From Podarcis muralis (taxonomy: Eukaryota), in contig NC_135673.1 in assembly GCF_964188315.1 (NCBI RefSeq), positions 46,376,001 to 46,440,000 of the forward strand: 64,000 bases of DNA. The letters run 5' to 3'. Both the position numbers and the translations under genes were made by a program. The notes beneath the pieces are model-generated. The model made no database searches. It saw nothing but the letters and a program-made list of their open reading frames with translations, and had not been told where the DNA came from. Shown here in pieces: positions 12,601 to 22,000 of the stretch (position 1 is its first letter; each line of letters opens with the position of its first letter).

Positions 12601-14850
12601 ATATAAAATCAAAATAAGAACAATGACCCAATAACACCCCCCCAAAAAGAGCCACATTTTAAAAGGTTACAGGATGTTGGATGTCAATCCACTCAACCAA
12701 AGGTTAAAAAGGAACATTTTTGCCTGGCACCTAAAGCTGTATAATGAAAGTGCCAGGCGACCTTCCCTGGGGAAAGCATTCCACAGACAGGGAGTCACTG
12801 CAGAAAAGGCCCCGTTCTCCTGCTTCCACCCTCCAGTCCTCTCAAGGAGGAGGCACACAAAGGAGGGCCTCAGAAGATGATCTGAGAGTCCGGGTAGGTT
12901 CATATGGAAGAGGCGGTCCTTGAGGTATTGTGGTCCTGAACTGTTTAAAGCGTTATAGGTCAAAACCAGCACTTTGAATTGGGCCTGGAAACTAATTGGT
13001 AGCCAGTGCAGTCGGACCAGGATCGGTGTAATATGCTCAAACCGTCTTGCTCTGAGCAACCTGGCTGCTGAATTCTGCACTAGCTGAAGTTTCTGAGGCA
13101 GCCCTACATATAACACATTGCAATAATCTAACCTTGAAGTTACCAGAGCATAGACAACAGCTGAAGCTGATGGAAGGCACTGCAGACCACTGAGGCCACC
13201 TGAGCCTCCAGCAACATCAAAGGGTGAAAGAGTACCCCCAAGCTGCGAACCTGCTCCTTGAGAGGAAGTGTAACCCCATCAATAGCAGGCGATGTCCCAG
13301 TCATCTGGTCTGGGGAACCACCCACTAACAGTGCCTTAGTCTTATCTGGATTGAGCTTTAGTTTGTTGGGTCTCATCCAATCCATTACCAAGGCAAGACA
13401 CTGGTCCAGCACTTCCACTGCCTCACCTGCAGATGTAAAGGAGAAATAGAGCTAAGTGTCATCAGCATACTGCTGACAAAATAATACTCCAAACCTCTGG
13501 ATAACCCCACCCAGTGGTTTCATGCAGATGTTAAACAACATGGAGGATAGGATTGAGCCCTGTGGAACCCCACACTGAAGGTTCCACAGGGTTGAAAAGC
13601 ATTCCCTAAGTAGCACCCTCTGGGAACGGCCATCCAAGTAGGATTGGAACCACCGCAAAGTGTTGCCACACACCCCTAGTTTGGAGAATCGCTCTAGAAG
13701 GATACCATGGTCAATGGTATCGAAAGCCGCTGAGAGGTCGAGAACAATTAACAGGGGCATATATCCCTTCTCTCTCTCTTGACAGAAATCATACAGGGTG
13801 ACCAAAGCAGTTTCTGTGCCAAAACCAGGCCTAAACCCCGATTGAAATTGATCCAGAAAAATCAGTTTCTTCCAAAAGCGCCTAGATCTGGTCCATGACT
13901 ACTCACTCTAGAACCTTGCCCAGGAAAGGAAGATTAGCAACTGGCCAGTAGTTAGTTAGGTTTTCTGAATTCAGGGGAGGTTTCTTAAGGAGTGGTTTTA
14001 CCACTGCTTCTTTCAAACAGGCAGGGACCACCCCCTCTCTTAAAGAGGCATTGATCACCTCCCTGGCCCAGCTATTCCCTCCCTGCTGGTTTTTATCAGC
14101 CAAGAGGGGCAAGGGTCTAGACTCCAGAGTGCAAGTTGTTGCCCTGACTGATCAGCGCACCTTGTCCACATCCTCAAGCCTTACCAACTGACACTCATCC
14201 AACAACAACAGGACTAGACTGTGCTCTGGACACCCCATGAGATACATCTGCTGTAACAGCAGAGTCAAAGTCTTGGTGGATGCAAGCAATTTTATGCTCA
14301 AAGTGTTTTGCAAACAAGTCACAGCGAGCTACCATTGGTTCCATCACCTCCTTTGGGCCAGCCTGTAAAAGGCCCCATACAAGCCCGGGGCCACCAATAT
14401 TACTATTATTATAACCATGATCATTATTAACCTGCACTCAGAACATTCTGGCCACTGTATAAATAGCAGCAATAAACGAGAGCAAGGCTACGCCATACTT
14501 TGCTCTGATTCTTGCTTTTATATTATTTTATATTATGTATTTTGTGTTTTTGTGCTGTGAACCGCCTTGAGATCTTTGGCTGAAAGTCGGCATACAAACG
14601 TAATGAAATTAGAAGCAAAGAAACAGCGGCGGCGTCTTTCCCTGTCGGTACCATGACGCGCACAGGCCCCGCCCCTCACCTTCGGGAACCAGGCCCTCTT
14701 GTCGCGATCCCACTCGTACTGCGTCCCGTCCGCCGGGTCCGTGTACGTGAAAGGGTCCTCGCCGCCTTCCTCGTCCTTCTTGCCGTACAGCTCCTGCAGC
14801 CGCAGCTGCTGGTAGAACTCCTCGTTCCGATCCGAGCCGCCGATACTCAT
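1827..14850 (-). CDS. HTATSF1: HIV Tat-specific factor 1 homologue (17S U2 snRNP factor, RRM+UHM); 9 coding exons, about 451 aa
   Basis: Nine exons with compatible splice phases encode recognisable Tat-SF1 motifs (YEWDxDKxAWFPK, TEDFLATYHANYGF, NTNVYVTGLPPDIT, KGDGLCCYLK, RHERVIIIRNMFHP, LNGRWFGGRQL); exon lengths sum to 1356 nt. Confidence 0.97.
3425..3604 (+). mobile_element. L2 3' terminal fragment with long (TTG)n tail
   Basis: Same 3' UTR as 1-441; about 22 TTG units. Confidence 0.82.
3615..3752 (-). CDS. HTATSF1: HTATSF1 coding exon 8 (UHM)
   Basis: RHPDGVASVSFKEAEEGDVCKQALNGRWFGGRQLSVETWDGVTDYQ. Confidence 0.96.
4445..4534 (-). CDS. HTATSF1: HTATSF1 coding exon 7 (UHM)
   Basis: EDPLVLNEIREDLRTECEKFGQVKKVILFD; ttttgcag / gtagg. 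Confidence 0.95.
5041..5503 (+). mobile_element. L2 3' end, same subfamily as 58564-60900
   Basis: Closely matches the reverse complement of about 58590-59030 (ggcctaggaccctcgtacctac...gggtataaataaaa). Confidence 0.87.
5621..5720 (-). CDS. HTATSF1: HTATSF1 coding exon 6
   Basis: LLDWRPEKKDGSVRMRHERVIIIRNMFHPSDFE; AG/GT flanks. Confidence 0.95.
6535..6698 (-). CDS. HTATSF1: HTATSF1 coding exon 5
   Basis: RESVELALKLLDENEIRGYKLHVEVAQFQPKGEYDASKKKKKCKDYKKKLSQQQK. Confidence 0.95.
6947..7101 (-). CDS. HTATSF1: HTATSF1 coding exon 4 (RRM1)
   Basis: LPPDITKDEFVQVMSKCGIVMRDPQTEEPKIKLYKDKEGNLKGDGLCCYLK; AG/GT flanks. Confidence 0.96.
7855..8020 (+). mobile_element. tRNA-derived Squam2-like SINE (representative copy)
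   Basis: ttgtatgcagaaggtcccagattcaacccctggcatc...; further copies at about 23300-23450, 27520-27680, 58390-58560, 61075-61250 (+) and 41400-41550, 52960-53110 (-). Confidence 0.72.
8572..8619 (-). CDS. HTATSF1: HTATSF1 coding exon 3
   Basis: (G)WFHVEEQRNTNVYVT(G), 48 nt, AG/GT flanks. Confidence 0.93.
9024..9228 (-). CDS. HTATSF1: HTATSF1 coding exon 2
   Basis: VTEDFLATYHANYGFP...GEKRKPDA; acceptor ctcttttag, GC donor CAG|gcaagg. Confidence 0.9.
9281..9668 (-). mobile_element. Sauria (Squam1) SINE
   Basis: (ACCTTT)n tail, tRNA-like head, 9-bp TSD GAGCTACTA (9272-9280 / 9669-9677). Confidence 0.9.
10686..11046 (+). mobile_element. Sauria (Squam1) SINE, full length, young
   Basis: GGGACGCAGGTGGCGCTGTGG head, CpG-rich body, ACCTTTACCTTTACC tail, 14-bp TSD TATAAAACTTATAA (10672-10685 / 11047-11060). 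Confidence 0.93.
11440..11795 (+). mobile_element. CR1-type LINE 3' end
   Basis: ...aaactatggaactcact...ggcctgatgcagcaggctcttcttat; the same family recurs at 20810-21210 (-) and 33200-33915 (+). Confidence 0.7.
12515..14390 (-). mobile_element. L2-clade LINE fragment in HTATSF1 intron 1
   Basis: Degenerate RT: [51 protein letters not shown]. Confidence 0.92.
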
Positions 14851-15500
14851 GTTGTTGCCGGAGCCCAGGCTGACGAGGTAGAAAACGCGCCTCACAAGCT
14901 AGGCCGCGCCTCAGATGCCGCCGCCGCCGCCTCCTACTCGGGAGCCGCCGGACTGCACGAAGCCGTTCAGGGCGCCTGCGCGCGGGCTCGCACCACGGCT
15001 GCTCTTGCGCAGGCGCGGCCCCGCCCCGCTCCACATGCGACGCAAGTCCTGTCACATCTCCACACACGCCCCGCCTCACAACTGCCGGTTACGGAAGAAG
15101 CGAACGGCGCGTGCGCGGGAAATGACCGTTACCCCCTCCACCCCCCGCACACACCTCATTCTCCGTCTGTACACGCACAGAAATATTATTCACCTCAGCC
15201 CTTTTATTTATTTGTTTATTGGATTCGGTTGATGGTTTTATGATTTTCTACAAAAGGCTGAGGATGAATTCCTCGCGCGCACACTGCGCAAGAGCGGAAG
15301 TACGCGGGGAGAGGGGGCAAAGGCGTAGCCACGTGATGTGTATTTTTTAAAGCACCCAATTGAAAAGCAAGATCTGGGAGCCAATGAGAGACACGCCTCA
15401 TAATCTGGAGGGTGGGGGGACGAATGAGGGAGACACACACACCCCAGCCCAGCCCCCCTTTTCATGAGAGCAAGGCGCACGTGCTCTGGTACCTGATAGT
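14600..15500 (-). promoter_or_regulatory. CpG island / HTATSF1 promoter
   Basis: Sharp rise in GC and CpG relative to the CpG-depleted flanks. GC boxes (ggccccgccccgc about 15017), ETS-type CGGAAGT 15295-15301, E-box CACGTG 15330-15335, CCAAT 15381-15385. Confidence 0.85.
14680..14850 (-). CDS. HTATSF1: HTATSF1 coding exon 1
   Basis: MSIGGSDRNEEFYQQLRLQELYG...YEWDRDKRAWFPK; donor AAG|gtgag. An upstream acceptor (ttttctacctcgtcag at 14870) suggests a non-coding first exon. Confidence 0.93.
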
Positions 15501-15765
15501 CCCATCAAGGGATCTCTCCTTTGAAGCTCTTTTTCTAAACCATTGGCTGATGTCAAAACAAAATAAAATTATTCCTTCCGTTGGCTGATGGTTGGCTCCG
15601 AGTCCCAGTCTCAATCTTGATTGCCAGTCTCTGCTTATTTGCACCTGGAAGCCCCACTGAACTCACTGGTGGTTGCTTCCAAGGCAACGTCCTCGGGCTC
15701 ATGCCGCGAACAGATTTTTATTTCTCTTGGGACAAAGCAGCATTTTTGCTGTGCCTCCCAAAGTA

Positions 15766-16541
15766 TGGTTACCAGATGTCCCCGTTTCCCGGGGGCAGTC
15801 CCCAGATTTATGAGTCTGTCCCTGGACAAAATCCGTCCCCAGAATGTCCCCGGATTTCATTTAATGTCCCCGGATTTCATTTAATGTCCCCAGATTTATA
15901 TTTTAAGTATTGTATATTTATTAGTGACTGTTGCATGATTGGTTCAATGGCACAAGACACATTATATGGGGACTTCTGGTGAGGCAAAATGGTGGGCACC
16001 ATGGCAGCGAGCAGCTCTTGAAGCCAGCCAGAACCAACTGCACTACCAGGCTGGCTTTGGGCTGCTGAGACTGCCACTGCTGAGGGGGAACCGGGGATAC
16101 CTGGCATGTCAAGTGGGGGAACTGCAGACCCCCCCCCAAACCCAAATTGAGCTGGGAGCGACAGTGCCCGGCCACCCTGCCGACTGCCCAGCGGCACTCC
16201 GGGGCCAAGAAAACCCCGGAGCTGATGCAGGGATAAGGAGAAGGAAGAGAGAAAGAGGAAGGAGAAAAAAGAGGGGAGCCCCAACCTGCCACTGCCACCA
16301 CTGAGGAGGAGGTAGGAGAGCACCAGGAGGGCAAGGACACATGGCCGAGCCCAGGCCTGACCTGAGCCTACTCCACGGCAGCTAGCCGGGGCCCAGAGAG
16401 CAGGCCATGAGACAGAGACCACAGAAGAAAAGATAGTACTTCTTAATTTTTTTAAAAAAATAACCTTTTTTAAGAACTTTTTTTTTCTCTTTTCAAAAAA
16501 AAAGTGTCCCCGGATTCTTTGGAAAAAAAATCTGGTGACCA
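15766..16541. mobile_element. Non-autonomous DNA transposon (hAT-like) with GTCCC subterminal repeats
   Basis: Inverted termini TGGTTACCAGAT (15766) / ATCTGGTGACCA (16530-16541); repeated TGTCCCC(G)GATTT motifs including about 2.7 copies of a 20-bp tandem at 15843-15897. Confidence 0.7.
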
Positions 16542-16776
16542 GGGGTCAGCAAACTTTTTCAGCAGGCAGCCGGTCCACTTTTTCTCAGGCTATATTTTGG
16601 GGGGAAAGAAGAAAAGAATAAATTCCTTTGCCCCACAAATAACCCAGAGATGCATTTTAAATAAAAGGACACATTCTACTCATGTAAAATATGCTCATTC
16701 CCAGACCATCTGCAGGCCAGATTTAGAAAGCGATTGGGCCGGATCTGGCACCCGGGCGTTAGGTTGCCTACCCATG
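16540..16776. mobile_element. hAT-type MITE
   Basis: Imperfect TIRs CAGGGGTCAGCAAAC / GTTGCCTACCCATG; right flank TTCTAGAC. Confidence 0.65.
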
Positions 16777-17414
16777 TTCTAGACCCTCCACCCAAAGCAC
16801 AATTCCCTGTATACACCAGTGGCAGAACATATGCCCACACTGCCCAGGGCGCACACGCCACATTTCAGGGTAGGAAAGGCACGGGGAACCTGCCACCCAC
16901 TCTCCTCTTGCTCTCCTCCCCCAGGTCAGCCCTGACCCAGGGGCAGAACTGTGCCAGGCACAAGCCGTGCAGCTCCTTGCGCAGAGCCAGGCTCTGATAA
17001 AGGAGTCTGCTGTGGGGGAGCCTGTTTGCGCCCCTTCGCAAAATTGTGCTCGGGGCCACGGACACCCACCCCCCGCCCACGCTACGTCTCTGGCATGCAC
17101 CCATTCACCCTCTCGTGGTAACAGCTTTCAAAGTGGTTTGGGGTCCGCAACTGTTAAACTCTGCGCTTTATTCAAACTGAAACCACACACCAGACTTTAC
17201 AGATACAGGGTTATTCAGAGTTTGGTTAAATGTTCCTCAGGTATGATCAAAGCCTGTGAGTGATAACTTGCTTGCTTGGAAGCAAAAGGGTATTTAGAGA
17301 CAAGTATATGTGACCCAGGGATGTGGATGCAAGTCATCCATTTAAGCTTCTAAATTGGCAATGCTCTTCAAAAACGCCAGGGATGGACAAATTAACACAA
17401 ACTGTACCACAAAT

Positions 17415-17462
17415 ATACATACATACATACATACATACATACATACATACATACATACATAC
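17415..17462 (+). repeat. (ATAC)n microsatellite
   Basis: Direct reading. Confidence 0.95.
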
Positions 17463-17489
17463 AGCAATTGCATTGGTTGGCAAAATTGG

Positions 17490-18490
17490 ACTTTTATTAT
17501 TATTTTTTATTCCAAATTATAGCAAGACATATTATCCAAAAACATATCATCCTTATTCCCCCCCCCCATTTTTCCTCCCTCCCCCCTCCCAAACAGAACC
17601 CACCCCACCCCCCGACTTCCCTCAGTTCCAGTCTTTGGTTTCTCTAATAATGCTGCATGTTACAAAGTTGCATAGATCCTCAAACTGTTTAGCTGATTAT
17701 TATCAATAAAAAAATTGTGAATGTTTATTCAAAACCTGCCAAGCTGTCCAGTTCACTTTGTTGGGTCTTCAGATACTTTGTAAAAGGTTCCCATTCATCC
17801 TTAAAGTCACAGTTATCCTTGTCCCATAGCTTATATGTCAGTTTTGCCAGTTCTGCATAGTCCATCAATTTTTCTTACCATGATTCTTTAGTTGGGGTTT
17901 CTTCAGTCTTCCATCCTTGTGCTACCAGAACTCTCGTGGCCATTGTCACATACATGAAAATGTTTTTCAACTTTTTTGGCAGGTCTTTCCCTACAATCCC
18001 CAACAAAAATGCCTCGGGTTTTTTAACAAATGTTAAATGGAGCATTTTCTTCAATTCGTTGTATATCATTTCCCAATTTTTTTTAATTGCCTTACAATCC
18101 CACCACATATGATAAAATGTTCCCTCCTTTCCCTTACACTTCCAACATATATTTCAACTAGTTTTGTACATTTTCCTTAACTGCACTGGTGTTGTGTACC
18201 ATCTGTACATCATCTTCATGTAATTTTCCTTCAATAGGGAACAATCTGTAAATTTTAAGTCAGTTTTCCATAATTTAACCCAATCTTCCATCATAATGTT
18301 GTGACCTACATCTTGTGCCCATTTAACCATAACTGATTTTACCTCTTCATCTTTTGTCTCCCATTCTAATAGTATGCTGTAAGCGGCCTTCAGTAGTTTC
18401 ACTTTCCCTTCAATCACTTCTGTTTGAAACCTAGATCTAGTATAGCTAAATCCTTTCTTGCTGCCTTCTTTATGTGTTTCATATAGTTGT
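17490..18490 (-). mobile_element. L1-clade LINE 3' fragment
   Basis: ORF2 C-terminus: KENYMKMMYRWY...CWKCKGKEGTFYHMWWDC...KKPEAFLLG. Confidence 0.87.
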
Positions 18491-18998
18491 TGATAATAAT
18501 AATAATAAGAATTTATTATTTATACCCCGCCCATCTGGCTGGGCTTCTCAGCCACTCTGGGTGGCTTCCAAAAATATATATTAAAATACTCTAATACGTA
18601 ATGCAACCAACTCTGAAAGTGGTCTTTGATCTCATCATAATCTCTTAATTTTCATTTTCCATCATGTTCCTTTAATAAATCAGCATATGTGAGCCATTTT
18701 CCTTTCTTTCCAAGTGATTTGAGCAGTAATGCTTCATGTGGTGAGAGCCACATTGGACTTTTAAAAGGCCAAATTGGACTTTTAGAAGGAGTGCTTGTAT
18801 GAACAAAAAACAACTCTCATGCAGTTAAGGGTAATTTTTAATTTACCTTTATATACATCCTAAACACAGTATTGATTGATAAAAGAATGAATCAACAACA
18901 AGTGTCTTAGTTTAGCAGCAGCGTTTCATTGGATAACAATGAAAAATCTATACACTGAGACCATGATGCAATCTTATCATGATCCCCAATAAAGTGTT

Positions 18999-19074
18999 TT
19001 ATTCATCTGAATCCAGATCACTATCTCCTGCAATGGAAGGGAGGTCGTCACTTTCTTCCTCGTCCTCGTGGCTA
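18999..19074 (-). CDS. TAF1: TAF1-like terminal exon (shortened exon 38 homologue)
   Basis: tttctttcttttccag|T AGC CAC...: [24 protein letters not shown], matching the TAF1 C-terminus. Confidence 0.9.
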
Positions 19075-22000
19075 CTGGAAAAGAAAGAAATCTCATGATG
19101 CTGTTGTTATTTATCATGTGTACTGAGCGTGGGACAAACTTAGAAAGATGATAGACCGATGCTAGCTGTTGTTGATATACAAACTTTACAGCAACACAAG
19201 TGTGAGATGCAGCTGGGCATGTCATCTTCCTAATCCAATTCTAACAGCTAAGGGAGTCAAACAAGGTTGCATATTGGCCCCCTTTTTGTTTAACATTTAT
19301 TCCCTTAGTAAACATCTTCGAGGGACAGATATACATGGCCCAAAAGGCAGATAAAATGTTGCCTCTCCTGCTTTATGCAGATAATGCTGTCATCCTGTTT
19401 CAGACACAAATTGGCCTTAAGATGGCTCTTAAGAAACTAGTCCAACACTGTATGGAGGATCAATTAGCAGTAAACTACCAAAAAACAAAAGTCATGGTTT
19501 TCTCCAATAGAAGGAAAACCTACAGATGGTGCATAGATAACCAAGACATTGAACAAGTCACCTGTTTCAAATATCTAGGGGTTGTATTTCAAGCTTCCAG
19601 AAAGAAAACTGCCCATATTAATCACACTTCCTCTATGGCCCAAAAAAGTACTGCAGCAATCTTAACATTCCATTGAGCAAAGGGAAGAAATTTTTATTCC
19701 AGCTGCTATCAAACTATTTGCTGCAAAATCCATAGCGTGCACAACTAGTCCCCCTCTCTAATCTGGACCCCTATGAAAAACTAAAACCAGGATTCCCAAG
19801 GTCAATTCTCCAAATCCCTAAATGTGTCCCCAATGCAGCCCTGTAGACTGGAGATGGGCCTAAATAGGACTGAAGCCGAAGTGTGGCTAGTTACTCTGTA
19901 CACATGGCTAAGACTTAATAAGACCTCAACTGGGCTGCTCTCTTTGACATTGATTGATAATTATCAAATAAAATGGTGGAAGGGCATCACAAGAAAACTG
20001 GCTTTATATGGCCTTTCTCCTGAATATATTTTAGGTCTGGAAATGGGAAGAAGTATAATTAAAGAACGAATCTGGGACAGAGAATTCCAAAATTTGTAAA
20101 TTTTTACCCAAACTTCAAAGATCCTATCCAGCAAATTATTTAAGTGCACTGGACAACTCTAAACACTGTTGGGCATTCTCCAGAACCTGCTTTAATGTTC
20201 TCCTTTCAGCATTATTAGCGGGCAGATATCATGACATCCCAGTCCAACAGAGATTATACCCATGCAATTCTGACGAGATTGAATCCACTGGGCCCATTCT
20301 TCTATATTGTCCACTGTATCATGATACCCAAAGAGAGCTAATTCAACGGTTACTAAGGAAATTACCTGGCTGCTCAGAGGAAACCTATGTTAAATATCTT
20401 CTTGCTGACAAAAGATCCGAATATCACCAGGCCTGTCGTGAAATTCTGTTTTATGGCAACAAGGACAAGACAGGCTGCAGTGACAGTGATAGTCGATGAA
20501 TGAGTACTGATTTTAAACTCTGGAACATAGGTTTTGGCTGAAGGAGTGCTATTTTAAATGCAAATAAGCTTATAGGGAATTTTCAAGGGGCAGACACAGT
20601 AGACAAAATTGTTCCTGTTGTTAATTCTGCTGTCTGGACTTTGACCTCAATAAAGAAAATAAGTTCATGTGTACTGAGCACTGTACAGAAGAGAAACAAT
20701 ATAGTGAAGGAAAACACGAAAGTGTGACACATTGCAAATGCAGAGGAGCATTCACTTGGTCCTTCTCTGAACATTTTTATCACCACAAGAGCATGGTTTC
20801 TGATTTGTTAGGAATGTAAGAAGAGCCTGGCTGCCAGATCTAGTCCAGCATCCTGTTCGCACAGTGGCCAAACAGATGCCTATGGGAAGCCCGCAAGCAG
20901 AACATGAGCACAACAGCAATGCTCTTCCCAACTCCAATTCCCAGCAACTGGCATTCGGTAATGCCTCTTACCCTTGTGGCAAGTAGCCATGGATAGACTT
21001 TTCCCCCATGAATCTGTCTGATCTTTGAACACCATCCAAGTCATCTCATTTGCGCAGTCATCCTTCAAGGTGTGCATCTGGTGCAGCAATACCACCGCAA
21101 CCCTGCCACTCAAGACTGCTTCCATCAGAGGCAAGATTGCTGTGTGGAAGGTGGTTATGGAAGCATTGCAGGCAGAATCAGATGCAAATGGTGTTAAGAG
21201 ACTGGACATTTTAGCATCAGAATGAACCTTTCATGAGCAGTGCTCCAAGGCAACTGCATAGGTTTAATCCTGCATGGCAACATCATAGAATCATGGAGCT
21301 GCATTGTTGGAAGGGACCCCAAGGCTCATCTAGTCCAAACCCTTGCAATGCAGGAATAATATTATTACTCCCCTCATGAGATGAATGTGTGCTGCCGCAC
21401 TTTCTATTTTTCTGTATGTTCAAGAACTAATCCACGTAAATGTTTAAAGAATAGGGAAGACTAATCCTGCTCATGACTGCTTATGAATCACATCTACAAA
21501 GAAGCCAGGATTGGCTCATGGGGGTTACTACTAAAGTTGTGATAGCATGTTTTTGTTTGGTGACTGATGGCATTGCAGCAATTGAGAAATGAATTGTTTA
21601 AATTGTTTTAGTTGCTGTGCTTTATGTTAATTTTAGATGTTTGTTGTTGTTTTCTGCTGGGCTTTTTCTTGCTGTGTGAGTTCCCTCCCCAACCCCCACT
21701 TTGGATTTAGAGTTTAATGGTGTACTGCATTTCACATTTTCTTGTATGAGCATACTGCCCAGAGAACTTGGTTGGATGGGTGGTATGAAAGTGTAACCAG
21801 TTAACAGAAGAGCAGTAAAGAACAGGGAGGCCCACAACTCAAAGGCAACTCATAAGAGTCATCTGAACTGAGCGCAGCCAACCTGCTTTTGAGACAACCA
21901 AACACTCCTTAATGGCTCCAACAGCACACTTGTCTATGGTTACCTGGCACTGCTATACTCCATGGCATGTGAAATCTTCCCTGCTGCCTCATACGACATC

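Noticed and set aside
14533-15243. Long overlapping ORFs (120-196 aa) in the CpG island
   Set aside because: Expected from stop-codon depletion in GC-rich DNA; only the HTATSF1 exon frame is supported.
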